NCBI GenBank assembly: GCA_964016885.1 | Contig: OZ024741.1 | Span: 355,570,001 to 355,634,000, forward strand | Direction of reading: 5' to 3' | Length of the DNA: 64,000 nt | Source: Eledone cirrhosa | Lineage: Eukaryota | In this document: positions 11,215 through 24,926 of the stretch, one piece after another | Numbering within the stretch: the first letter of the stretch is position 1 | How the letters are laid out: each line of letters opens with the position of its first letter | Notes under the pieces: generated by a model | The model's input: only the letters and a program-made list of their open reading frames with translations | Database searches by the model: none | Told to the model about the DNA's origin: nothing | Program-made: the position numbers and the translations under genes

Positions 11215-13940
11215 AATGCTGCAGTAGGAGGAGTGGGTTTTGTGTTCAGTGCAAAAACCAATCTGTTGGTGAGGGAAATAATGCCTATCTCCCCGCGAGT
11301 GTTGAGGGTGACCTTCAATGGAAACCCAAGACTGACAGTCATCTCAGCCTATAGTCCAACCGAGGGGGACAGTGATGTGAATGCCGAGGAGTTCCATGAG
11401 GAGGTGTGTAGAGCTGTCAACACCACTCAGGCACACAATATCCTGCTTGTTTTGGGGGACTTAAATGCACATCTGAGTAAGGAGGGCAGTGAAGATCCTT
11501 GCTGGTACTTCCATAACAACACCAACCGAAATGGAAGACTACTGAGAGACAGCCTGCTGGAGGCGAACTTGATGGCGACCAACCTAAGGTTTAGGAAGAA
11601 TCTGGGGAAGATGTGGACCTACATCTCAGATATGCACCTGTCCAAGTCCCAGATTGATTTCATTCTGGTGAGGAAAAAGTGGCGGAATAGTGTTCTGAAC
11701 ACGGAACCATACAGCTATTTCAGTACACTGGGTAGTGACCACCGGCTTGTTATGAGTGAGGTCCGCGTGAGCTTAAGAAAGAGCAAGGCTCAGCCCCGGA
11801 GAACAATCTATGACTGGGGAGCTTTCAAGGAAGATGATAAGCTACAGGAGAGGTTCACAGTGGAAGTGAGAAACAGGTTTAGTGCTCTGTGTGGAGAGTC
11901 AGAGGAGAGAGAGATTGGATGGACTGAGGAGAGTGTGACGAGGAGGTACGGGCACTTCACCAATGCAGTGGCGAAAGCAAGTGAAATCCTGGTGCCGAGG
12001 AAAAAGAACAAAGGGAAGCACGTCAGCTCTGCAAACCCAAAAGTGTGTGCAGCCAGAGAACACCTGAAAGCTGCCAGGGACCAATTCTATGCTGATCCTA
12101 CGGAGGAGAGGATGGAGACTGTGGAGGTGATGAGGGAAGAGCTCTGTACCGCTTACACTGAGGTCAGAGAGGAGGCACTGATAGAGAAGATCAGGAGTGT
12201 GGAGAAAGCGGTTGACAGATCTGGATGTAAGGAGAGCTGGATGATCATCAACGAGATCACAGGGAGGAAGAAAAGGTGTTCGAGTCAGATCCAGGGAACG
12301 GGGCCCGAGGATAGGAAGAGGAAATGGCTAGACCATTTTAGGACCCTACTAGGAGAGCCACCCTCCACAGCCCAGAGCACTGGGGAGATCAGGCGGCTGT
12401 TTGAGGAACTGGATGTTGAGACAGAGCCCTTCACCAGAGAGGAGCTTCAGAGAGCCAAGAAGAAGATCAAGGAGGGCAAGGCTCATGGAGAAGATGGAGT
12501 GGCATCAGAGGTGATGAAGAGGTGTGATTTTGATGATATCATCCTGGGGTTCTGTAACGGGGCACTGGAGAAAGGAGTTGCCCCAAATCAGTGGAGGATC
12601 AGTAACATCGTCCCAGTGCCAAAGAAGGGAGATCTCTCTAACACCAACAACTACCGGGGGATCTCACTGACGTCACTTGTGGCAAAGACCCTCAACAGGA
12701 TGATTCTTAACAGGATCCAGCCTGAGATGGAGAAGCTCAGGGACAACCAGAACGGCTTCAGAGAGGGTAGATCAACCACCAGTCACATCCTGATGCTGAG
12801 GAGGATATTAGAGGGAGCTAGAGCAAAGTGCCTTCCTGCGGTCATGGTTTTCATTGACTTTAGGAAGGCCTTTGATTCTGTGGACCGTTACTGCCTGATG
12901 AAGATCTTACAGGCTTATGGAATCCCCAAGAGGATAGTGGACCTGATATCACTGCTCTACACCAACACCAAAGCCCAAGTCATTACACCTGATGGGATGA
13001 CAGAGTTCTTTGAGATACTGGCTGGAGTGCTCCAGGGAGATACATTGGCTCCCTACCTTTTTATCATCGTAGTGGACTATTGTATGCGCCTTGCACTGGA
13101 GAAACACCAGGACTCTGGCTTTACTGTAGCACCGGCTCAGAGCAGGAGAGTTGGGGCGAAAAAGGTATCGGATGCTGAGTTTGCCGACGACATAGTTTTG
13201 GTGACAAATACAGTGAAGGAGGCAGAGGATTTGATGCGGGAGGTTGAGACTGTGTCGATGAGTGTGGGGCTGAGAATGAATGAGACTAAAACAAAATATC
13301 TGGTAGAGAATGTTGAGAAGCCAGAGGGGATCACTAATGTAGGCGGGAAGCCGCTGGAATTGGTTGAGGACTTCCTGTATTTGGGAGCAAAGATTGGGAA
13401 TACGGAAGATGATGTGGTTGAGAGGAAGAGCAAGGCCTGGGCGGCGTGTCACAGCTTGAGATCGGTGTGGAAGTCGGACCTTCGTAGAGACCTGAAGGTC
13501 CGCCTCTTCATTGCTGTAGTGGAGTCTGTGCTGCTGTATGGGTCTGAGACTTGGACACTGACCAAGAGACTCACTCAGATGGTGGATGAGTGCTACACGA
13601 GAATGCTGAGGATGGCTCTGAACATTAATCAGTATACACTGAGGATGAAAAACTCAGAGCTGTATGGGAGCATCCCAAAAGTCAGCTCAAAAGGGACACA
13701 GAGAAGACTGAGGTTGGCTGGACATGCTCACCGACATCCAGAGTTGACATTGCACTCAGTGCTCCTTTGGGAGCCCCTACATGGACACACTAGAAGAGGA
13801 AGACCAAGGTTAACATATGTTGATGCCCTAAGGACAGACACTGGTCTGTTGGAGATGCAGGATATGGCAGCGATAATGAGGGACAGAGACCGCTGGAGAG
13901 AACTCGTCCATGGATCTCGGGAATTTTACCCGCCTTAGAT
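11215..13940 (+). mobile_element. RTE/RTE-X-like LINE with an uninterrupted 901-aa APE+RT ORF, 5'-truncated
   Basis: APE motifs (SAYSPT, LGDLNAH, QIDFIL, SDHRLV) and RT motifs (NYRGISL, FIDFRKAFDSV, GVLQGDTLAP, FADD, LLYGSETW). The stop codon runs straight into (TA)n. Confidence 0.93.
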
Positions 13941-14539
13941 ATATATATACATACATATATACATACATATACTGTGTATAATTGCCTCCTGTGTTTATAT
14001 ATATATATATATATAAATATACATACATACACACACACACATATATTAAGTTCACACTTCAAGAAAGTGGAAGGAAAAGGGTTCAACATTTTGAACAGAA
14101 GTTCTTCATCAGAAAAGTTTAAACAAGTAGAGAGCTGGTAGGTGTATGAGTAGTGTGTGAAGGTAAGGAAAGGAAGTTAGGAAAAAGGGGTTGGGAGGAG
14201 AAAAATAGGTAAGGGGAGGTGGGTGAAAGATCTGGCTGGGGTTGCAGGGATGTTATGGGTGTGGTTGTGTGTGTGTGTGCCAAATGGAAGAAATTGGTAG
14301 ATCTACATGGCTTCAGTCTGTGTGTGCGTGTGTGTGTGTGGGTGTGTGTGTGGGTGTGTGTGTGTGGGGGGGGGAACACATGTGGGTCTTATGTAACTGG
14401 TGTGTGCATACTGGTATGTGTGTGTGTATGTGTATGTCAGTGAGTTTTTAGTTTTTTTTTGTGTATGTGTGTGTGCTCACGTGGGGTGTATTTCTGATGT
14501 TTCTATGTATGTAAGTGCCTATGATTGTGCGTGTATTAT

Positions 14540-14937
14540 CATGTGTATGTTGAATGTGTGTGTGTGAGTGTGTCTACACGTGGGTGTGTGTAGGTAGTTT
14601 TTTTTATTGCTTCTATGTGTGTGAGTGTGTGTGATCTTGTGAGTGTGTATAGTTTTACATATGTGTTTGCGTGTGTGTGTTTATGCTTTGGTATGTCTGT
14701 GGGTGTGTGTTGGAGTATTCGTGTGTAATATGTGTATGTATTTGTGTATGTATGTGTGTATGTATGTATATATGTATATATATATGTATTTGAGTAAGTA
14801 TGTGTGTGTGTATGTATGTATATATGTGCATATATGTATTTGTGTATGGATGTGTATATATCTATGCATGTATGTATGTACATTTGTGTGTATGTATGTG
14901 TGTGTATGTGTGTATGGATGTGTATATGTGTGTTTGC

Positions 14938-14968
<31 letters not shown>

Positions 14969-15685
14969 TGTATGTGTCTATGTATATGTATTTGTGTTTG
15001 TGTGTGTATGCATGTATGTATGTGTATATATGTATTTACGTATGTATGTGTATGTATGTATGTGTGTATGTATCTATGTATGTATTTGTGTAAGTATGTA
15101 TGTGTATGTATGCATGTGTATTTGTGTGTATGTGTATGTGTATGTATGCATGTATGTATGTGTAAATATGTATTTATGTATGTATGTGTATGTATCTATG
15201 TATGTATGTGTGTATATGTATTTGTCTAAGTATGTGTGTGTGTATATATGCATGTATGTGTATATATGTATTTATGTATGTGTATGTGTGTGTGTATGTA
15301 TGTATATATGTATTTATGTATGTGTGTATATGTATGTATGTATATATGTATATATGTATGTATGTATATGTATTTGTGTAAGTATGTATATGTGTGAGTA
15401 TATATGTATATGTATATATGTAGTTATGTATGTATGTGTATGTATGTATATATGTATGTATGTATATGTATTTGTGTAAGTATGCATGTGTGTGTGTATG
15501 TATGTATGTGTATATATGTATGTATGTGTATGCATGTATGTATGTATGTATGTATATATGTATGTATTGTGTAAATATGTATGTGTGTGTGTATGTATGT
15601 GTATATATGTATTTATGTATGTATATATGTATGTATGTATATATATATGTGTGTATGTATATATATATGTATGTATGGATATGTG
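14540..15685. repeat. About 1.1 kb degenerate (TATG/TG)n microsatellite
   Basis: Continuous purine-pyrimidine alternating tract. Confidence 0.95.
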
Positions 15686-16064
15686 ACTCTTTAAACATGG
15701 CCAAATAAAGCTACCAGTCAAACAGGTGGAGAAGTAAACAACAAAATACTATCATGTCTCTCCCTTAATTATATTCCTAGCTATGTAGGTATGTTCTTTT
15801 ACACCTGGGACAAATATATCTATGTATACAAATGCATATATATATATATATATAAATATATATATACTATATATACATATATGTGTGTGTATATATATAT
15901 ACATATATATATATATTATATATATATATATAGTTAATAAATGAAACAAAACACAGGAGGCAATTATATACAGTATATGTATATATGTGTATGTATATAT
16001 ATATATAAATATACATACACATACACACACACACGTATATTTATAAATATATATATATTATATA

Positions 16065-16370
16065 TCATCATCATCATCATTTTACGTCAGCTTTTCCCTG
16101 ATTGCAAGGGTGGTACGGGAACTAATTCTGGCTTGATTTCTACAGCTGGATGCCTTTCCTAACACCAACCTCATTTACAGTGAGTGCTGGGTGCTTTTTT
16201 GCCATGGCACCTACACGACCACTTTGCAGTGAAATGATATGGACTCCAGTCCTATCATCTCATTTCTACATCTGAGTAAACTGGAGCAATGTGAAATAAA
16301 GTGTCTTGCTCAAGGAAACAACACATCACCCGGCCTGAGAATTGAACTCAAAACTTTTCGATTGCAAGGC
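16065..16370 (-). mobile_element. CORE-type SINE with RTE-like tail (5'-truncated)
   Basis: Matches the copies at 34363-34700 and 63285-63761. Confidence 0.75.
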
Positions 16371-16379
16371 TGTATTTAT

Positions 16380-16442
<63 letters not shown>

Positions 16443-16723
16443 GTACATACATACTTACATTTAAGTATCAGCCCTACTAAGAGTGAGAAATGAAATTTCG
16501 TTTCATTCTTTTCCATTTGTATATATGCAATAAATACATCTTATATACATTCATAGTAATGTAGCTATGTTGCTTTACACCTGGTATAAATCTCCAAGTT
16601 ATCTATAGATTTATATGCACACAAACATGCACGCATACACACACACACACACACACACACACATATGTGTGTGTATGACTATTTATGTATTTATGTACAT
16701 ATGGATTTTTCATATATTTTAGC

Positions 16724-19705
16724 CATCATCATCATCATCATCATCAACGTTTAACGTCCGTGTTCCACGCTTGCATGGGTTTGGACGGGGGTAGTCCCAC
16801 TTGAGGCAAGAGTGATTGTCTTGCTCGCATAGGACTGTCTGGCAGGTTTTCTACAGTTGGATGCCCTTCCTAACACCAACCACATTTACAGTGTGGGTCT
16901 GGGAGGTTTTTACCGTGTTGCCTACACGGCCACATTACAGCGTGGACTGTGTGTTTTTTTGTCGTGACACCTACACGATCTCATTTGTTTCGGCCTCGAT
17001 GGCGCGGCACCAACATAATTTTACATAGAACGGGGTGGTGTGGATCGGCTGGGGGTGGGGGTGGTGGGACGGGGTGTATTTTGTTAGAGATGCCTACTGG
17101 CTGGAGTAGGTTTTACTATATATTTAGGTAAGGCGGGTCTTCTCTGTTACTGAGTACCGCCAAAGGTCTCGGTCCAGTGACATTGTCTTGGAGAGGTGTA
17201 AGTGTGTGATGTCGGAGTTTATCAGCTCGTCCCAGGTTTTTCTAGGTCTGCCTATTCCGTGACTACCGTCTATCTTTATTGCCCTGCACTTTGTTATACA
17301 GCTATCGACTTTCATGCGCATCACGTGTCCATACCAACGTAGCCTTCTCTCGAGTAAACAACATCTGATCCCTCTTATCTCTAATTTATTCCTTAGTTCG
17401 TTTATGCTTTGCCGTTCACGTATATTACTGTTACACATCCAGCGGAGCATGCAAGCTTCGTTCCTCTCTAGTCTGCGTATATCCTCTGCACACAATGCCC
17501 AGGTCTCACTGCCATGCAGCATTGCTGTTCGTATGCAGGCATCGTACAACCTGCCTTTCATTTTTAGTGAGAACCCTTTAGCAGCTAATAGTGGTATAAG
17601 CTCTCTGAACTTTTTCCAACCAGTTCTGACTCTAGCTACAGTACTTTCAGAGCACCCTCCCCCACTGCTGATTTTATCGCCCAGGTAACGGAAGCTGTCC
17701 ACTATTTCTATAGAACCCTCTGCGCAATTGAAAGAGCTAGTAGTTTGTGGGCACTTGCTGCTACTTATTGCACCAGAGCACCGGCCACATGTAAAATCTA
17801 TGTTCTTAGTTAGCTTACCTGTGATCCCACTACATCTTTTATGCACCCATACTTTGCATTTAGGACATAAAATGGAGTTTCTACCTACGCCTTTCCTACA
17901 CACCGAGCACGACCATTTCCCAGAAGGGACCGCCGCCTTGTTTTCTTTCCTACAAACTAGTACTTTGGTCTTAGCCAGGTTAATTTTAAGTCCTTTTGAC
18001 TCTAGGCCGTGCTTCCATGTTTGGAATTTCTTCTCTAGCTCGGCCATTGATTCCGCTATGAGTGTCAGGTCGTCTGCGTATAGGAGTTCCCATGGGCAGC
18101 CTGTCTTGAACTCCTCTGTTATAGCCTGAAGGGCAATAATAAATAGTAGTGGACTGAGAACAGAGCCCTGATGGACGCCGACTTTTACGCTAAACTCTTC
18201 ACTATATTCGTTGTTAATTCTAACCTTGCTGACTGTTTCTTTATACATGGCTTGTATAGCCCTCACAAGCCATTCGTCAACGCCTAGTTTTCTAAGAGCC
18301 CACCAGATAATGGAGCGGGGGACTCTGTCGAAGGCTTTCTCCAAGTCGACAAAAGCTAAGTAGAGGGGTTTACCTTTAGCTAGGTACTTCTCCTGTAGTT
18401 GTCGTACTATGAAAAGAGCGTCTGTGGTACTTTTGCCTGACACAAACCCGAACTGCATTTCATCTAGGTCAATTCTCTCTCTGATTAGTTGCGCTATTAC
18501 TCTTTCCGTGACCTTCATGACCTGGTCGATTAATTTAATGCCTCTATAGTTACTCCTATCTAGGGCGTCTCCTTTACCCTTATAACAGTTAACGATGATG
18601 CTGCTATGCCAGTCCTTCGGAACAACCCCGTTCTGTACGACTTGGTTAACTATGCGGGTGACCATGGTGTGTCCCACCGTGCCAGATGCCTTCAGCATCT
18701 CAGCAACTATTTCCGAAGGCCCAGCCGCCTTACCAGTCTTCATATCCTTGATTGCCTTACTTATTATACTCCCCTCGACTAACACTGCTGGTCCCTCTAT
18801 TGGGTCGATATGGGGGAGACTGCCTTTCTCCCAATTATTCTCCTCATTTAGAAGCCTTTCATAGTGACACTTCCAAGCTACCTTCTTATCAGCGTCGGTG
18901 ATGGCAAGTGTGCCATCGTCGTTTAGTACACACTTCTCCCCGACAATATCACGGTTTTCCTTGACGCATTGCCTAGCAATCAGTCTTCATATCCTTGATT
19001 GCCTTACTTATTATACTCCCCTCGACTAACACTGCTGGTCCCTCTATTGGGTCGATATGGGGGAGACTGCCTTTCTCCCAATTATTCTCCTCATTTAGAA
19101 GCCTTTCATAGTGACACTTCCAAGCTACCTTCTTATCAGCGTCGGTGATGGCAAGTGTGCCATCGTCGTTTAGTACACACTTCTCCCCGACAATATCACG
19201 GTTTTCCTTGACGCATTGCCTAGCAATCCTGAACACCTCACGTTTTTGGTCATCGCGTTGTAGAACATGCTTGAACTTTCTTTCCTCAGCTTCCCTTCTT
19301 GCTAAGTACACTTGTCTCCTAGCTTCCCTCCTGGCCACTTGATAGTCCTCTCTACTTCCCCCATCCCGCCATACTTTCCAAGCCTGCTTTTTGGCCTTAA
19401 TTGACCCCTCCACCTTACTGTTCCACCACCATGTTACTCTCCTCCTGCCTACAGGCCTGCTCCAGCCACAGACCTCGTCTGTCGCCAACAGCAGGTTTGC
19501 TTTCAGAAATTCCCACTCTCCCTCTATATTGTCCGACTCTAAATGTTCTTCCTTACTGTCGAAAGCATCAAGTAATATGCTTTGAAATTTATTCCTGGCT
19601 GTGGGGTCCTTTAGCTTCCATATTTTCCTCCTGAGGATAGTCCTCTTCTGTTGTCGAGTACGTCTCGTCCTGACTATGAGGTCGCTAATTATCAGTCTAT
19701 GTTGG
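16724..19705 (-). mobile_element. RTE LINE, 5'-truncated, with an internal 247-bp tandem duplication
   Basis: ORFs 17124..18785 and 18973..19722 carry the RT motifs. 18734-18980 is repeated at 18981-19227. 3' UTR and (GAT)n tail present. Confidence 0.93.
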
Positions 19706-20144
19706 GAAAACACAGAAAGCACACATATTTACTCGTCTATCAACTCACGCATGCACATATTTACATACATATATACATACATATATATACATACATACAC
19801 ACGTACATATCAACATATATTCAAACATATATACATACATACACACATACATATCAACATATATACATACATGCACACATACTTATCAACATATATACAT
19901 ACACATATACACATAAATACATACACTCATACTTATCAACATATATACATACATGCATACATACATAACATAAATACATACATACATAACACCACCACCA
20001 CTACTATCACCAACTAACATCAGTAGGCCATCCTGACAACCTCTCACAACCACAACCACCACCAGCACCATTGCAGCCACTGTTATATATGAAGTTCTGT
20101 ATTTCCTAATTGTGTTTATTTTAAACTCACTCATACTGGTTTAA

Positions 20145-21481
20145 CCCTTTAGCATTTACATTACTCTATATATACTGTTGTATAGCTTCATGAAAAAGCA
20201 ATCCAAACTCTGGTCATTCACCTACCCTAAGAGTAGTAGAGCTCAATTGGATTATATCCTATTTTGGAAAAAATGGCGAAACAGTGTATGTGACTTTGAA
20301 ACCATTCCTCCTTCTCCAACGTGGGATCTGATCACAGGATTGGCTCTTCCAAAGTTACTCTTAGCATTTGCACTCCTAAGAAAGTTCCCGATGAGCAAAT
20401 GAAACAAATTGACTGGAGGTTAATATCATCAAATAAAGAGCTCTCCAGCCAGTATGCAATTAGTGTCTACAATAGGTTCTCTGAATTATCCTGTATTGAT
20501 GATTGCATTGAGATTAAATGCTCCAACCTAATTGCTGCAAACGAGGAAGCTGCTCTTTCCAGCTTACCCAAACAGACCAAAAGGAAGCTCATGAAATTGA
20601 GCTCAGTGCGCAACAAATTGCAAAGTCTTTTTTCTCAGTACAACTCAAATCCAACCAGTTTACTGAAAAGTGAAATGACCCAATGCAAAAAAGACCTTGA
20701 TGAGGCGTACACAACTGCTCTTGCAGAGTATGTAGAAGGAAAAATAAACAAACTGAAGACCCGTCATATAAACAAAAAGCATGCCCCTGCATGGGCTTTA
20801 ATCAACGAAATAACTGGTAGAAAAGAAAAACCTTCACCCATCATCAAAGGAGGCTCTCAAGAAGCTAAGAAAAAGAGCTGGACTGACCACTTCAAGGGTT
20901 TACTGGGTCCTGGATCATGGACTCTGAGAAGGATTTTGCCACCAGAAAGGCTCAAGCATGGTCAGCTTGCAACAAGATGGATCAAGTTTGGCGCTCAAAT
21001 CTTTCCAACCACACCAAGATCAGACTCTTCCAAGTAACAATTCAACCAATCTTCCTCTATGGAAGTTAAACATGGATGCTTTCATCCAAACAACAAAAGC
21101 ACCTTGATGGCACTTCACTTATACTCGCCTGCTTCAACACATTCAGAACATAAGCTGGCGGCATCTGCCTTTCTGAGAGATATATGCCAGTCGTACGTAA
21201 AAGGAGAGTAAGATTTTCTGGCCACTGTCATCGTTCCACCTATGTGGAGATCAATTTCGGCTGAGGCCGCCGGATGATGATATACTATTGTATTTTCTTG
21301 GTAAAGGCTTTATTTCACATAATATCACTACTATTCAATACTATTATTGAATCTATGAGATTTTGATATTTATGTTGAGAACGATACCTTAACATCAGTA
21401 TGAGGGGCCAGTTAAGGCCAATTTGAACAGAAAGAGGTGAGAAAATTCTGGTTGGATAAGGCTGGTTTAAATGCTAAAGGG
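20145..21481. mobile_element. piggyBac-type (TTAA) MITE interrupted by a degenerate RTE-X-like LINE (~20180-21282)
   Basis: TTAA-CCCTTTAGCATTT ... AAATGCTAAAGGG-TTAA. An uninterrupted copy is at 27660-27833. The insert encodes QLDYIL, GSDHRI and INEITGRK and is flanked by tatactgttgta/tatactattgta. Confidence 0.75.
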
Positions 21482-22844
21482 TTAATAGATGGTGGGTCTT
21501 CTAGGAATTACCTTTACCTCACACACCACTGCAAATCAAGAACTATGACCAGCTGCAGTCTCCATTACTATTTCAGTATAGATATATACAATATAAATAT
21601 AGAATAAAACAACCATATCAATGTAAAACATGCTATGTTCATTGTATTAAGGCTAAATAGTGAGTTTTGTTACTCTGGAGTTTCACCTTTTTATTACTAT
21701 TTAGCCTTAATAACATGAATATTTAAACTCTACTTTTGTATTAAGTACTCTTTTTTCTCAGCTGTCAACCATATACAGATATGTATATACACACACACAT
21801 GCACACACACACACACACATATATCATCATCATCATCATCCTTTAATGTCCACTTTTCCTACTAGCAAGGGCTGGATGGGTCTATATAGACCAAATTAGT
21901 ACTGAAGCAGGGCCACTGATTTCCCAGACAGGCTGAGGAGATCTGTATCCCACTTACATATGGTCATTATTGAGTGCAGAGGACAAGTTGTCATGTTTTT
22001 TGGCACAAAATGGAGGATCCTTCTAATCCCTTGTTTGGCAAGCTATCTATGACTGTATGCCCTTCCTAACACCAACCACTTTACAGCATGTATTGTGTAC
22101 TTTTATTGTGTAGATCACCAGCACTAAAGAGGGTGTCATGTCCTTGACATAACTAAAAGATCCCCCAAACCCAATATATATATGTATGTGTGTGTCTGTG
22201 TGTGTGTGTGTGCATGTGTGCGAATGTTTGTATATATATATAGTTCAATCAAGTTAAACCAAGCCGATGGGTATAAGCCCGGTGGCCATAATAACAGAGG
22301 ATCTAGGTAATTCCATGGCGATTCTCAGTAAAGTGAGTGTAGAGAGAGAGAGAAAGACAGAGAAACTGGAAGTGAGAGGGGGTAGAGGACAGAGGGGGTG
22401 AGTAAGAGGGATAGAGAGAGAGAGGGAGGAGAAGGGAAAGGGAGTTAATCTAAAAGGGTTTACGATGCACGTGCAACTGTCGCATGGCTTATTATCATCG
22501 GCTTGGTTTAACTTGATCTATTTTCTCTTCAGTTACTCACATACATGTGTCATTGTCCTGTGTTCCCCCTTCTATTGGTATGTTTACTTCGTTTTTTCCT
22601 TTTCTTTCTTCTTCCTCTCTCTTTACTATCACTTCTTTCCCTCATGGCCTTTTGATAGATAAAAGGCCATGGGCTCGCTATGAATCGATGTTTTGTTTAT
22701 AATGCACCGAAACATCCATGATCCGTAACAAGCAGCTGACGAAGGGAAACTTTTCATCTTTTGTTTGTGTCCCCTTACCTTCTAACACTTCGTTTTCAGT
22801 AACCACACAACCTCCCCTTCCTAACCCATATTTTATATATATAT

Positions 22845-22931
<87 letters not shown>

Positions 22932-23065
22932 AGTGTGTGAGTGTGTGTGTTTGTGTGTGTGTGAGTGTGTGAGTGTGTGTGTTTGTGTGTGTGTATATAT
23001 ACATGCATATTGTAGTTATTTGTATATATATAAATTTTTGCATATTTAGAAGAATCAATACTTAC

Positions 23066-23201
23066 AGAATTCATTTTTGCTGCCAAATTGGCAGACCTTA
23101 TATCCTGCCTTGTCACAAGAGAAGGACAATTGGTGTTTAGTTGCATCACAGAATCTATTGCAGCTGGTACCATAATAGTTACTTGCACAGCTCCACTGAA
23201 G
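23066..23201 (-). CDS. DSL-domain exon (coding exon 5) of a Delta/Serrate-like gene
   Basis: ttgcag|LQWSCASNYYGTSCNRFCDATKHQLSFSCDKAGYKVCQFGSKNEF+T|gtaagt fits the DSL cysteine spacing with the YYG motif. Confidence 0.85.
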
Positions 23202-23357
23202 CTGCAATTTATCCACATTGGGTGTTTCACAGTCAGAAATGCAACAAAAGAAAAGGGTAAATTTTTAGAATATGAATATATATCATCATTATGATGATCA
23301 TTCCCGCCATTACCACCTAAATATTTTAGATTAGTTTTTTTTTTTTTTTTTTTTTTG

Positions 23358-23838
23358 TGGCAGTTTCAATGAAGTAGGAAGGTTTCAATTGTTTGATCAA
23401 CAGAAACACATACTTATTGTATTAGTATCATGTAAGAGACCATGTAAGTCATGTAAATCGACAATTATCATCAAGACTGTGTATTCTCATTGCTGTGACA
23501 AGAATACACAGTCTTGATAAGGAGCAACAACTCCGAAACAATTGTCGAGTGCTTCCTCTTAGCTACTGCTGGAACAAAAGGATGACGTTGGTCATCTAGA
23601 AAACACACATGGTGTTAATGAAGCTGTTTGCTTGTAAACAAACTGAATATTAATAATATTATAATATTATTATAATATTATTATTATTCACTCACAAATC
23701 CATTTAGATATCCACCATGTTGCAGTGAAAAATAAATTTTGTCTGTAAAATACTTGGTCTCTTATATGATACTAATATAATAAGTATGTGTTTCTGTTGA
23801 TCAAACAATTGAAACCTTCCTAATTCATTGAAACTGCC
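23358..23838. repeat. Fold-back element (about 85-bp inverted arms) enclosing a hammerhead motif
   Basis: ggcagtttcaatgaa...gagacca / tggtctc...cattgaaactgcc. Internal TTGATAA-GGAG-caacaa-CTCC-GAAAC-AATT-GTC at 23514-23546. Confidence 0.8.
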
Positions 23839-23848
23839 TTGTTATATA

Positions 23849-23880
<32 letters not shown>

Positions 23881-24349
23881 CACCACAAAAAAAAAACTGA
23901 TTAAAAATAATTGTTTCTACTTTTGGCACAAAGCCGGCAATTAACCCAGTGCATTACTGGTACTTTATTTTATCGACCCCTTAAGGATGAAAGGAAAAGC
24001 TACTTTTGATACCAAACCACCTGGGTCCACTCATGATTTTATAATACTAAAGTGTTTGTTTTAAAGTGTTATATTTACCTAAAAAATCTTCAATTGTAAT
24101 TTGAACTCATAATGTTTATAGTTATAACTAAATACTGCAAAGCAATTTGTCCAATAGTCTATTGATATTACCAGTCCACCTCGCTTCACCACCATAAATA
24201 ATGAGAAAGTTAGTTATATTACTTAATCTCCCCAAATTCTTGATTATTTTCAAACTTATTTCAGGATAAATAAACAGTGTTTTTCATGTTAAATATGGTA
24301 AGTAAAGAGTTAAACAAATTTATAAAAAACTAAAATCATATTTACTTAC

Positions 24350-24523
24350 CATTAATGTTACTGAAAACACTCTGGTATGTTTCAGTGGCTTATAAAACTC
24401 CAAGTTTACCCAGTTGGTTTGTTCAGGTGAGCTGCCCTCCAATTTCTGATATTGGGTAAACATCAACTTTGGTGGATCTCTTGCTGAGACCTGTTGGTAC
24501 ACTGATATTTCCAACACCAGTGG
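24350..24523 (-). CDS. Coding exon 4 of the DSL gene (C-terminal part of the MNNL/C2-like domain)
   Basis: aag|[10 protein letters not shown]...RVFSVTLM|gtaagt, 174 nt, phase 0-0. Joins both neighbouring exons in frame. Confidence 0.75.
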
Positions 24524-24537
24524 CTTTTAGTAGAAAT

Positions 24538-24641
<104 letters not shown>

Positions 24642-24874
24642 CACATATATATACATACATATATATATTATATATATATATATGTATATATCATTAGTAA
24701 GTAGGTGTATGCACATGTATGTGTATGTGCATGCATATATCGAATATATATGCCTGTGTATATTAGTATATGGTCTTATTTTTATACACTATATCTTCGT
24801 TTACGCATGCATTCACATGCATATACATACATATACATACATATACACACATACACACACACATATATATATAC

Positions 24875-24925
<51 letters not shown>

Positions 24926-24926
<1 letters not shown>

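Noticed and set aside
14539-15721. Many long ORFs rich in C, V, Y, M or H, T, I
   Set aside because: These are translations of stop-poor microsatellites and have no coding features.
20015-20110. Possible Cys/Gly-containing or hydrophobic exon of the DSL gene
   Set aside because: No acceptor supplies the expected Cys in phase 1, two candidate acceptors create an immediate stop, and the sequence is low complexity.
22796-23230. 144-aa ORF in the track
   Set aside because: It is in the wrong frame. The DSL exon is in another minus-strand frame.
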